Source: Waddliaceae bacterium | GTDB taxonomy: Bacteria > Chlamydiota > Chlamydiia > Chlamydiales > SLOH01 | Length of the DNA stretch: 64,000 nt | Assembly: GCA_040880105.1 (NCBI GenBank) | Contig: JBBDJA010000017.1 | Coordinates: 32,573-96,572, forward strand | Reading direction: 5' to 3' | In this document: positions 1 through 8,128 of the stretch, piece after piece | Layout: the number at the start of each line of letters is the position of its first letter | Position numbering within the stretch: the stretch's first letter is position 1 | The notes under the pieces: generated by a model | Told to the model about the DNA's origin: nothing | What the model saw: only the letters and a program-made list of their open reading frames with translations | The model's database searches: none | Position numbers and translations under genes: made by a program

Positions 1-622
1 TCCGGAAGAAGTGACCGATATGCAGCGCATCGTAAAAGGAGAGGTGATCTCCTCGACTTTCGATGAGCCGCCTGAGCGCCACGTACAAATCGCTGAAATG
101 GCAATTGAAAAAGCAAGACGTCTTGTCGAGCACGGAAAGGATGTTGTCATCCTTCTTGACTCTATTACAAGACTCGCCAGAGCGTACAACACAGTCCAGC
201 CTCACTCAGGAAAGATCTTAACCGGTGGTGTGGATGCAAATGCTCTACATAAACCTAAACGATTCTTTGGGGCAGCAAGAAATATTGAACAAGGCGGATC
301 CTTAACGATTATCGCAACAGCACTTATTGATACCGGGTCCCGCATGGACGAGGTTATCTTCGAAGAGTTTAAGGGAACGGGTAATATGGAGCTTGTTCTC
401 GAGCGTCGCCTTGCAGACCGAAGACTCTATCCTGCGATTGATCTAATCAAGAGTGGAACGAGAAAAGAAGAGTTGCTGTATCACGAAGATGAGCTAGAAA
501 AGATTTTCCTATTAAGACAGCTCTGCGCCGATCTATCGCCAATCGATGCAATGACACTGTTACTCGGACGTCTCAAGAAGACAAAGAGCAATGTCGAATT
601 CTTACTCTCCATGAAAGATTAG
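1..622 (+). CDS. rho: Transcription termination factor Rho, C-terminal part (5' end lies outside the window)
   Basis: The frame is open from nt 2 ([15 protein letters not shown]...). The strings [65 protein letters not shown] and [17 protein letters not shown] are almost residue-for-residue the E. coli Rho C-terminal half as I recall it. Confidence 0.95.
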   Translation, partial: PEEVTDMQRIVKGEVISSTFDEPPERHVQIAEMAIEKARRLVEHGKDVVILLDSITRLARAYNTVQPHSGKILTGGVDANALHKPKRFFGAARNIEQGGSLTIIATALIDTGSRMDEVIFEEFKGTGNMELVLERRLADRRLYPAIDLIKSGTRKEELLYHEDELEKIFLLRQLCADLSPIDAMTLLLGRLKKTKSNVEFLLSMKD

Positions 623-623
623 A

Positions 624-1397
624 ATGAAGAAGGGTCTCTTTTTTTTCATCTTCTTGATTATCGGATGTTCCCTCTTTTTCTTTTTTCCGGAAAACGAGTG
701 GGACTTCCTGAAGGGATATGTTGAAAATAAAGAAATCCGTTCATTTGAGCTTCGGTATACACTTGATGAAATCGCAACGCTCCAAGAAGAGCCCTTTGAG
801 ACACTTTCCTTAAAGTACTTTCCCTGCCTTCTCTTAGAGGTGAAGTACAATTTTAATGGAACCACCTTGGAAGATCAGATCTTATGGAGCTTGACCGATG
901 GTGAAATGATTCTCAATACTCAGTCATGGACACTGAGTCACGGTTTTTCGGAACTGATTCAGCTGGGACTTAACGGCGAAGAGGTGGCAGCGTTACAAGA
1001 CTTAACGAAAAGCGCCTCTCCTCTTTTAGCAGAGGAAAGTCGGTTTCCGTATGCGCTCTCCTCATTAAAGAAAAAGAACTTAGTACTAGAAACAGACGGC
1101 TACTATACGCTCCACATGAAAGACCCGTTCTTGTCGATTCCTCCCCGTACACGCATGCTCACACCTCTTGTGTTAAGGCACTATCAACAAAAGGAAATGT
1201 TTCCTAAGAAATTTACAACCAGACAAGTTGAGAGACTCGTAGTAGATTATTTTAAACCGTTTCAGTTGGCGATCAAAAACACTCGAGTCATTTACTTACC
1301 TGTAGCGGAATTAAAAAGAAAAAATAGCGACGACTCATTTACGATCGAATACCTGAACTGTCTAACAGGCGATCCGATCGACTTTGTGCCGGCTTAA
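624..1397 (+). CDS. Hypothetical protein, probable lipoprotein (N-terminal hydrophobic segment ending in the lipobox-like LIIGC)
   Basis: 257-aa ORF whose ATG lies 2 nt after the rho stop. The N-terminus is MKKGLFFFIFLIIGCS. I recognise no family. Confidence 0.55.
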   Translation: MKKGLFFFIFLIIGCSLFFFFPENEWDFLKGYVENKEIRSFELRYTLDEIATLQEEPFETLSLKYFPCLLLEVKYNFNGTTLEDQILWSLTDGEMILNTQSWTLSHGFSELIQLGLNGEEVAALQDLTKSASPLLAEESRFPYALSSLKKKNLVLETDGYYTLHMKDPFLSIPPRTRMLTPLVLRHYQQKEMFPKKFTTRQVERLVVDYFKPFQLAIKNTRVIYLPVAELKRKNSDDSFTIEYLNCLTGDPIDFVPA

Positions 1398-1411
1398 TCT
1401 ATTTGAGGCGA

Positions 1412-1621
1412 TTACTCCCCTTCTTCCATGTTTTTATTAAGCTCGTCAAGTAGCACTTGAAAACCTTTATCCACATGACTTTTAAGACTCTGCTCTTTTA
1501 AAAATTGCAGCTTCTGTCTTGATAGACACTCTTCCAATTGTGTAGCATTTTTCTGACTTAAAGCATCTAATAACGCATCTGCGAGCGCTTCTAGCGAGGG
1601 ATTCTTTTCTATCTTTTTCAT
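1412..1621 (-). CDS. Small hypothetical helical/acidic protein (69 aa)
   Basis: Only ORF in this gap, co-directional with recF-dnaN. Its composition looks coding-like, but I recognise no motif. Confidence 0.35.
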   Translation of the reverse strand: MKKIEKNPSLEALADALLDALSQKNATQLEECLSRQKLQFLKEQSLKSHVDKGFQVLLDELNKNMEEGE

Positions 1622-1640
1622 TGATTTATCTAATTTAATT

Positions 1641-1815
1641 CTTAAGGAACTGCTGATTAACTCAGGTTAATTTAATTTTGCATGAATTTTTTCTAAAATT
1701 CGAAAAATCAATCGAAATTAACTGTTTAACAGTTAATAGAGTGCGATTTTATCGAATTTTAGGAAAAATTCATGCAAAATTAAATTAACCTGAGTTAATC
1801 AGAGGTTCCATAAGT
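1641..1815. repeat. Palindromic MITE/REP-like element, copy 1 (both arms type A, near-perfect long hairpin)
   Basis: The left arm is CTTAAGGAACTGCTGATTAACTCAGGTTAATTTAATTTTGCATGAATTTTTTCTAAAATTCGAAAAATCAATCGAA. The right arm is its reverse complement (...TTCGAATTTTAGGAAAAATTCATGCAAAATTAAATTAACCTGAGTTAATCAGAGGTTCCATAAG). The centre holds a small palindrome, TTAACTGTTTAACAGTTAA. The same sequence recurs at five other loci in this window. Confidence 0.9.
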
Positions 1816-1832
1816 TGATTGTAAGAAAATTA

Positions 1833-2861
1833 TTAATTTACAACAATGGCAGACCACTCTGAAGGGAAGCTCTCCCTACGTGTGGTGGTGATAAAAATTT
1901 GAGATTGTAAATTTTTTAAGTGTTCGATGACCCCATTTGTCCGTATCGGATCAAGATGCATTCCCAAATCGTCAATTAGAAGCATCGGCGCGTGGGTAAC
2001 CTCACATTTAAGCCGCTCCCACTCTGCAAAGCGGAGCGCTAAAGTGGTTAGTGTCAGCTGCCCTAAGCTTGCAAATTGCTTTGCGGGCTTCCCGTCGATT
2101 GAAATCATCAGATCGTCTCTATGTGGCCCAAAGAGAGTAGAGCCAAGTAGAATTTCTCGTTCTCTTTGATTTTTGTAGAGAGAGGCGAGGTTCTCTTGTG
2201 CCTTATACTGAATATCAAGAATGCACTTAAGACAACTAATAGTAGAAAAATGACTCTGCACAAGAGGACGCAGCTTTTCAACGAGCAAGAGACGCTCATT
2301 AATCAAGTACTCACCGGCTTGAACAAGCTCTTTTTCCCAAATTTCAATCGTCCTTAAATCTTTATTTCGCAGCAGTTGGTTGCGTTGCTTGACAGCGCGT
2401 GTGTAGCGCATTAACTGTTTAAAATACTCACCGTTTGCTTGTGAAAGTTGAATATCTAAGTATCGTCGCCGAACAACAGGACCGCCCTTAATTAAGGTGG
2501 TGTCGTCAGGAGCCATGACCACGCCATGGAGTAGACCGATTAAAGGCGCAATGGATTGATGAGTTGTTCGATTATGGACAATCTTCTTTCGCTTACCATC
2601 CGATCCTAAACTTAAGCGATGATCCAATCCGCTTTTGATAAAATGCGCCTCAATGGAGAATTCCTTTTGAGAAATCTGAATGACATCATTTAGTTGTTGA
2701 TGGCGAAACGGGCGGCCGCATATGAGTAAATGGACCGCCTCTAAAATAGATGTTTTTCCCTTTGCATTTTCCCCGACGATTAAATTAACGCCGGGATCAA
2801 ATGCAAAACATAAACCGCGATGAACACGGTAATTGTTTAGAACAAGCTTTTGTAGAAACAA
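1833..2861 (-). CDS. recF: DNA replication and repair protein RecF
   Basis: Walker A GENAKGKTSILEAV lies near the N-terminus, and the start MFLQKLVLNNYR is RecF-like. The gene begins 3 nt downstream of dnaN, the classic dnaN-recF arrangement. Confidence 0.9.
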   Translation of the reverse strand: MFLQKLVLNNYRVHRGLCFAFDPGVNLIVGENAKGKTSILEAVHLLICGRPFRHQQLNDVIQISQKEFSIEAHFIKSGLDHRLSLGSDGKRKKIVHNRTTHQSIAPLIGLLHGVVMAPDDTTLIKGGPVVRRRYLDIQLSQANGEYFKQLMRYTRAVKQRNQLLRNKDLRTIEIWEKELVQAGEYLINERLLLVEKLRPLVQSHFSTISCLKCILDIQYKAQENLASLYKNQREREILLGSTLFGPHRDDLMISIDGKPAKQFASLGQLTLTTLALRFAEWERLKCEVTHAPMLLIDDLGMHLDPIRTNGVIEHLKNLQSQIFITTTRRESFPSEWSAIVVN

Positions 2862-2864
2862 AAC

Positions 2865-3995
2865 TTATGTCGTCGGGTTTAATCGTAGCGGCATCAAAAT
2901 GAATAGGGGCGACGCATCCTTTGTGGACTTGCCTTCATCTCCATCCAAAAGAACGCCTGGGCTAAACGAGTCTGTTAAGCCAAGTGTAATTCTCTCTTGC
3001 TTGCTGTGGCGTAAAATATCTAAGAAAAACGCTGGGTTGAATGCAATATCAATCGGTTCTCCGTGATAATCCACCGGCATACTCACATTCCCCTCCCCTA
3101 CATCAGAAGAGTTGACTTTGAGTTTGACCTCGCCTCCTGCAAATGTGAAGCGGACAGATTCACCGGACTCAATTGCAAAAAGAGAGACTTGTCGAAGAAG
3201 CGTCATTAACTCTTCTCGATGCAAGTGCACTTGCATCTGAGCTGCATCGGGAATAATACGCGTTAAATCGGGGTATTTTTCTGTAATCAGCTTAGAAACA
3301 AGAGTAAAGTTCTCTGTTTTAACGGCAATTTTATCTTCCATTAAAAGAACAGCTGCTTTCTCATCGCCGCCTATACTCTTGATAATTTCATCGACAGCCT
3401 TAATCGGAAGAATATAGTTCTCTGAGACATCGGTATCAAGGCCTTCAATCGAGACAAAAGTCCGTGAGAGGCGTTTTCCATCAGTTCCGAAAAATGTCGC
3501 CCTTCCATGATTCAGAGACAGTCCCACACCGGAAAGTTCAATCCGGCTGCCGTCTTTGCAAACGGAAAAAGCGGTGCGATACAGCGTATCTTTCAACTCT
3601 TCTTGTTTTAAGTTCAAAGTAATCGCATCGGTCAGGTTAGGGAGACTCGGGTAATCCTCAGGATTCATACCTTTTAATTTAAAGTGGGAAGAGTCGCATA
3701 TCAGATGCGTTGTATGATCTTGATCCACGCTGATTTCAATATTGTATGCTGTCAGTTCTCTGATCAAATTCGCAAAACGTTTAGCAGGCAAAGACGCTTT
3801 ACCTTCTTCTAATATTTTTACGTCCGTCATACACTGGATTCCGACAGTTAAATCTGTCGCTGTCAGTTTAAGTTCTCCATGCGCAGCTTCGATTAAAACG
3901 TGGGATAAAATCGGCATTGCAGGCTTGGCTGAAATCACACTCAAGCACTTGGAAAGTAGATAATTTAGTTCTTCACGTGAGATAATAAATTTCAT
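2865..3995 (-). CDS. dnaN: DNA polymerase III beta sliding clamp
   Basis: 376 aa beginning MKFIISREELNYLLSKCLSVISAKPAMPILSHVLIEA, which is the typical beta-clamp N-terminus. The size and the adjacent recF fit. Confidence 0.93.
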   Translation of the reverse strand: MKFIISREELNYLLSKCLSVISAKPAMPILSHVLIEAAHGELKLTATDLTVGIQCMTDVKILEEGKASLPAKRFANLIRELTAYNIEISVDQDHTTHLICDSSHFKLKGMNPEDYPSLPNLTDAITLNLKQEELKDTLYRTAFSVCKDGSRIELSGVGLSLNHGRATFFGTDGKRLSRTFVSIEGLDTDVSENYILPIKAVDEIIKSIGGDEKAAVLLMEDKIAVKTENFTLVSKLITEKYPDLTRIIPDAAQMQVHLHREELMTLLRQVSLFAIESGESVRFTFAGGEVKLKVNSSDVGEGNVSMPVDYHGEPIDIAFNPAFFLDILRHSKQERITLGLTDSFSPGVLLDGDEGKSTKDASPLFILMPLRLNPTT

Positions 3996-4019
3996 AGCGA
4001 CCTCTTGGAATTTCTCTAT

Positions 4020-4047
4020 TTGATATTAGAGATTCATGTGATATAAT
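4020..4047 (+). promoter_or_regulatory. Candidate sigma70/sigma66-type promoter for smpB-rlmH
   Basis: TTGATA (4020-4025), 16-nt spacer, then TGaTATAAT, an extended -10 with TATAAT at 4042-4047. It lies 95 nt upstream of the smpB ATG. Confidence 0.4.
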
Positions 4048-4142
4048 CCTAGAATAAAGTCGTTAAACATTGCAAAACGTAATCTAACCTTGTTAAGATT
4101 TACATTCCGTTTTAACCGCTTTCAGTCAAGGATTCTCGCTCT

Positions 4143-4607
4143 ATGGCAAAGAAAAAATCAAACTCTCAACTTGTATCCAACCGCGGAGCCTCTTTCAGTT
4201 ATGAAATTCTTGAGACTTTTGAGGCAGGAATTGCACTCCAAGGGACGGAAGTGAAGTCCCTAAAAGAGCATCACGGCTCTCTTCAAGAAGCGTATATCAA
4301 AACAATGGGCAGTGAGCTTTGGCTTGTCGGATGTACGATCCCTCCTTACCGATATGGAAATATTCACAACCATCAAGAGCGCCGCGAACGTAAACTTCTC
4401 ATGCATAAGCATGAAATTCTCCGCCTCAAGGCTGAGCTTCAAGAGAGGGGTCTTGCCCTGATCCCCCTCGGCATGTACCTAAAACAAGGGAAAATCAAAC
4501 TGCAGATTGCCCTTGGAAAAGGAAAAAAAATGCATGACAAAAGACAAACGATCAAAGAACGGGATCAAAAACGTCAAATGCAGCGCGCGAAAAAAGAGCA
4601 TCAGTGA
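4143..4607 (+). CDS. smpB: SsrA-binding protein SmpB
   Basis: 154 aa with NRGASFSYEILETFEAGIALQGTEVKSL and a C-terminal basic tail, as in the SmpB family. Confidence 0.93.
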   Translation: MAKKKSNSQLVSNRGASFSYEILETFEAGIALQGTEVKSLKEHHGSLQEAYIKTMGSELWLVGCTIPPYRYGNIHNHQERRERKLLMHKHEILRLKAELQERGLALIPLGMYLKQGKIKLQIALGKGKKMHDKRQTIKERDQKRQMQRAKKEHQ

Positions 4608-5026
4608 AGACAATCACTCTTTTCACATTAGGGAAAATACGAGAAGATTGGCTCAAAGAACTGATCCAAAAGTATTTAAAAAGGCTAAAAAACGATCTCT
4701 CATTTCAATGGGTGCAGGTTAAGTCAGAGAGTGGACTGCTAGATAAAACAAAAGAGATAGCAAATGTTTACTGTTTAGATGCGCTCGGCAATACCATGTC
4801 CAGTGAAGCGTTTAGCGAGTTATTAGAGTCACATTTAAAGGAAGGGAACGCAAAAGTTGCCTTTATTATTGGCGGGCCTGAAGGGCTTTCCGATGAAATC
4901 AAACAAAAGTTCCCCCTCATCAGCTTTTCTCCCATGACCTTTACATCTCAAATCACAACACTTCTTCTGATTGAACAGATTTACCGAGCATTTGAGATTT
5001 CAAAAGGTTCTAAATACCATAAATGA
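4604..5026 (+). CDS. rlmH: 23S rRNA (pseudouridine1915-N3)-methyltransferase RlmH (SPOUT)
   Basis: The GTG start overlaps the smpB stop by 4 nt. IIGGPEGLSDEI and the C-terminal EQIYRAF...KYHK match the RlmH pattern (IGGPEGL ... YRA ... PYH). Confidence 0.85.
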   Translation: MKTITLFTLGKIREDWLKELIQKYLKRLKNDLSFQWVQVKSESGLLDKTKEIANVYCLDALGNTMSSEAFSELLESHLKEGNAKVAFIIGGPEGLSDEIKQKFPLISFSPMTFTSQITTLLLIEQIYRAFEISKGSKYHK

Positions 5027-5042
5027 AGGAAAGAATGAAATG

Positions 5043-5073
5043 CGGGGGCAAAAAAACACCCCCGGTCATTTTT
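5043..5073 (+). terminator. Possible intrinsic terminator between two convergent genes
   Basis: CGGGGG (5043-5048) pairs with CCCCCG (5059-5064) around an A-rich loop. A T5 run follows at 5069-5073. The stem is short, so this is tentative. Confidence 0.35.
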
Positions 5074-5074
5074 C

Positions 5075-5512
5075 TTACTGAACGACAGCCGCACGAAAAT
5101 AGGTCGTGGCTCCTTGTAAAAGGGCAAAGCCGACAATAACATCAATTACACCTCGAATATCCTGAGGGAAACCGAACAGTCGCATAGAGAGACCTAGCAG
5201 CATCATAACGCCAATTAAAATAATGAGCTTAAAGCTATATAAATGCTTAAGCGATGGCTGCGGCAGCTTCCGAATTCGACTGATTTCACGTTCTGCTGAA
5301 CGTCGCAACACAAATCTACCCTTGAAGAAACCTAATACAAGAGAAAAGGCGATCAACAGAACAACTGTATTTTCAACAGACGCATAAGAAGAAAAAGCGC
5401 TAAGAAGCACACTCCCCTCATTTGCCTGTTTTAGAAGACGCACACCCAAAGAGAGCAGTCCTGCACCAACAATAGCCCATATAGAGCCGGCAATAATAAA
5501 TAATGTTTTCAT
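5075..5512 (-). CDS. Hypothetical integral membrane protein (about 4 TM segments)
   Basis: I start the gene at the internal ATG (MKTLFIIAGSIWAIVGAGLL) rather than at 5683. The longer version would run into the divergent yacL-like gene. Confidence 0.55.
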   Translation of the reverse strand: MKTLFIIAGSIWAIVGAGLLSLGVRLLKQANEGSVLLSAFSSYASVENTVVLLIAFSLVLGFFKGRFVLRRSAEREISRIRKLPQPSLKHLYSFKLIILIGVMMLLGLSMRLFGFPQDIRGVIDVIVGFALLQGATTYFRAAVVQ

Positions 5513-5633
5513 GCTTGAGAGTCTAATACAAAGAGCAAAAAGAAGCAAATTTGAGTTGGACTTAAAAAAAAAAACAAAATAGACTGAGCAAAAATTCAAA
5601 CAGAATACATTCAAAAAATAGGTAATATCGACT

Positions 5634-6731
5634 ATGAAAAAGACAGTGACCATTTGTAGAACACTGACCGTTATCCTTTCCATGATTATGGGCGCTTATT
5701 GCTCTTCTTTTCTTTTATTCAATCAAGTTGATTCGATAAGTTTAGCATTCGGAAGTGCTGCGGGCCTCGGGTTTGGATTACTGCTTGTTGTGGTTGAATC
5801 TCTGATGAAACAGGCTAACTTAAGAACGTTTAACCTTATCATGCTAGGATGTTTTCTTGGCGCTCTTTTTGCATTTACAGTGACCGCGGCATTCGGGCCG
5901 CTGCTCTTTATGATCCCCGAAACATATGCCACGATTACAGAGGGTGCTGTATTTATTGTCGCCGCCTACTTTGGCGTTATTCTCACACTGCGTTCATCTG
6001 AAGAGCTATATCTTTCAATTCCCTTAGTTAGACTTCATCCGACAACGCAAAAAAAACGCGACATCCTCCTTGACAATACAATTCTATTAGATCAACGACT
6101 TGTCGATCTTGCAAGCTCCGGAATCCTTGACGATCGCTTGATTCTTCCACGTTTTATTATCGATCATTTTCGCGAACTATCTATTAGCAAAAAGGAAGAA
6201 TATAATATCAAAGGAAAGCGCGGTCTTGAAACGATTAAATCGCTTGAAGAGCTTCCGCATCTTCACCTTTCCATCCACGATAAAGACTTCAATGAACTCA
6301 ACGACATCAGTGAAAAGCTTGTGCGACTCGGGGGATTCTTTGGAGCCAATATCTTCACTGCCGATATGACGCGCATTGAAGAGTCCTCTCTTCAAGGAAT
6401 TCGCGTAATCAATGTCCATTCACTCTCACGCACATTAAAAACACTCACACATTCAGGTGAAAATATCCCAATTAAGGTCCAACGATACGGAAAAGAACCG
6501 CGCCAAGGCGTCGGTTATCTTGAGGATGGAACAATGGTTGTGATTAATGGAGGAGCTGAGTACATCGGAGAAACGATTCGCGCGCAAGTGCTATCTGTCA
6601 AACACACCTCCTCGGGGCGAATGATTTTTTCTAACGCGATTGAAGATAGCGAGCAAGAAGAAAGCGAGGATCAAAGAATACCGGCCGGAGTTGCTTCAGG
6701 CTCACAGCCAAAAGATTACTTTACTCTTTAA
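5634..6731 (+). CDS. yacL: PIN/TRAM-domain membrane protein (YacL-like)
   Basis: N-terminal TM segments are followed by a central PIN-like region (ILLDNTILLDQRLVDLASSGIL). The C-terminal segment is TRAM-like (GVGYLEDGTMVVINGGAEYIGETIRAQVLSV). At 365 aa it matches YacL size and architecture. Confidence 0.7.
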   Translation: MKKTVTICRTLTVILSMIMGAYCSSFLLFNQVDSISLAFGSAAGLGFGLLLVVVESLMKQANLRTFNLIMLGCFLGALFAFTVTAAFGPLLFMIPETYATITEGAVFIVAAYFGVILTLRSSEELYLSIPLVRLHPTTQKKRDILLDNTILLDQRLVDLASSGILDDRLILPRFIIDHFRELSISKKEEYNIKGKRGLETIKSLEELPHLHLSIHDKDFNELNDISEKLVRLGGFFGANIFTADMTRIEESSLQGIRVINVHSLSRTLKTLTHSGENIPIKVQRYGKEPRQGVGYLEDGTMVVINGGAEYIGETIRAQVLSVKHTSSGRMIFSNAIEDSEQEESEDQRIPAGVASGSQPKDYFTL

Positions 6732-6747
6732 TAGAGGCGAGGTCACC

Positions 6748-7113
6748 ATGCCAACCGGTGTCGGCACCGATATTATCGAGATTCCTCGAATCAAACAGGC
6801 GATAGAGAGACAAGGTCAACCTTTTATCGATCGCCTGTTTACTCAAGCCGAACAAACCTACTGTAAAACATTCAAAGATCCCTACTCGCATTACGCTGTG
6901 AGATTTGCCGGTAAAGAAGCGGTGCTAAAAGCACTTGGAACGGGAATGAGAGAGGGCATCACCTGGCTGGATATTGAAATTATCAATAACGATCTGGGCA
7001 AACCGATAGTTTTTATCTCGGATGCGTTAAAAGAGCGATTCAGCTCGCCTGAGATACAGATCTCTTTGAGTCATTCAAAATCGACAGCAATCGCTTTTGT
7101 CATCGTCTCTTAA
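6748..7113 (+). CDS. acpS: Holo-[acyl-carrier-protein] synthase
   Basis: The protein begins MPTGVGTDIIEIPRIKQAI and contains FTQAEQTYC, FAGKEAVLKALG and ISLSHSKSTAIAFV. I start it at the ATG at 6748, preceded by GAGGCGAGG, not at the track's 6640. Confidence 0.85.
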   Translation: MPTGVGTDIIEIPRIKQAIERQGQPFIDRLFTQAEQTYCKTFKDPYSHYAVRFAGKEAVLKALGTGMREGITWLDIEIINNDLGKPIVFISDALKERFSSPEIQISLSHSKSTAIAFVIVS

Positions 7114-7116
7114 AGC

Positions 7117-7265
7117 AATCTCTGATTAACACAGGTTAATTAAATTTTGCATGAATTTTTTCTAAAATCCGAAATAACAGTCCAGGTTAAACGATTGGGT
7201 TTTTATCGAACTTCAGAAAAAAGGCGCAAAATTTAACAATCTGAGTTAATCAGGGGTTCCTAAAG
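7117..7265. repeat. Palindromic MITE/REP-like element, copy 2 (A arm on the left, diverged B arm on the right)
   Basis: The left arm is TCTGATTAACACAGGTTAATTAAATTTTGCATGAATTTTTTCTAAAATCCGAAA. The right arm is AAAAAGGCGCAAAATTTAACAATCTGAGTTAATCAGGGGTTCCTAAAG. The copy lies in the convergent acpS/doxX gap. Confidence 0.85.
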
Positions 7266-7304
7266 AAACCTTCCAGTGAAATCAGACGGTTATCAGAGGT
7301 TCCT

Positions 7305-7769
7305 TCAACGTCTTTCCAGTTTGAAATGTTTAATGATCGCATCCAGTGAAAAAGCGCCCGGTCCAAAACAGAGCACCAAAAGAGCTGTTAGCAAATATAA
7401 AAACGGAGTCTCTTGAACGAATCCTTGCGGATTTTGCATAAAGTTTTCGACCACTGCATAATGAGCCTTTGCATATGCCACAGTCATTATAGCAATTAAC
7501 GGAATTGCTATGATCCTTGAACCAAGGCCGAACACAAGTAGTACTCCCCCGAGCGTTTCAAATAGGGCCACTAGGTAGGCTAAAATGTTTGGAAAGGGAA
7601 TATCGACTGAAGTAAAAAAATTGATCACGCTATCGATATTTTGTAACTTTCCCCATCCGGCATAGAAAAAAGCAATGCCCCAAAAGAGTCGCATAAACAA
7701 TAGCAATGGGTGTTTAAGAATATCTCCAAGTGCGGTTAACCCTTTTACAATGGCATGGATTCCTGACAT
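7305..7769 (-). CDS. DoxX-family membrane protein
   Basis: 154 aa with 4 TM segments. LFMRLFWGIAFFYAGWGKL and FETLGGVLLVFGLGSR are typical of DoxX. Confidence 0.7.
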   Translation of the reverse strand: MSGIHAIVKGLTALGDILKHPLLLFMRLFWGIAFFYAGWGKLQNIDSVINFFTSVDIPFPNILAYLVALFETLGGVLLVFGLGSRIIAIPLIAIMTVAYAKAHYAVVENFMQNPQGFVQETPFLYLLTALLVLCFGPGAFSLDAIIKHFKLERR

Positions 7770-7868
7770 AATACCTCCTCTTCTACTTCAGTCAGTTGCG
7801 GCTAATATAAGCTACTCTTTAATCTTTTCATTTTACAAGATTTTTCTTCTATTCTATAAGATCAAGGT

Positions 7869-8054
7869 ATGAATTTAATCATCGACAAACCGGGAATCGT
7901 TCTTTTTACGGCAACGATCATACTAAGCTTTGGTTTCTTACAGCTAACAACCTTGGAACCATTTTACAGCCTTTTTGCTTCTTTACTTACTGCGACCCTA
8001 GTTTTTGGTTCGTATCTTGTGATTAAGTGGATATGGATTGCGGCAAAAAAATAA
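7869..8054 (+). CDS. Small hypothetical two-TM membrane protein (61 aa)
   Basis: The ORF has two hydrophobic helices. A TTACAA-16 nt-TATAAG motif sits just upstream. There is no other support. Confidence 0.3.
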   Translation: MNLIIDKPGIVLFTATIILSFGFLQLTTLEPFYSLFASLLTATLVFGSYLVIKWIWIAAKK

Positions 8055-8062
8055 ACTATCGT

Positions 8063-8090
8063 TTGATAAATTATTTTGAATGCCTACAAT
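8063..8090 (+). promoter_or_regulatory. Candidate sigma70/sigma66-type promoter for the 470-aa orphan gene
   Basis: TTGATA (8063-8068), 16-nt spacer, TACAAT (8085-8090). A strong SD, TAGGAGAGG (8117-8125), precedes the ATG at 8129. Confidence 0.45.
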
Positions 8091-8128
8091 TGCAACATGA
8101 ATCAACCTCTAAAACCTAGGAGAGGATT

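Noticed and set aside
3996-4142. Replication origin or DnaA boxes next to dnaN
   Set aside because: By eye I found no TTATCCACA-like 9-mers in the dnaN/smpB intergenic region, and dnaA is not adjacent. The only feature is a good promoter-like motif for smpB.
6640-6747. N-terminal extension of acpS proposed by the ORF track (and, similarly, 5513-5683 for the membrane protein and 59929-60003 for the 171-aa ORF)
   Set aside because: The extensions overlap neighbouring, better-supported genes. Internal ATGs restore normal protein lengths and N-termini; for acpS the ATG follows GAGGCGAGG.
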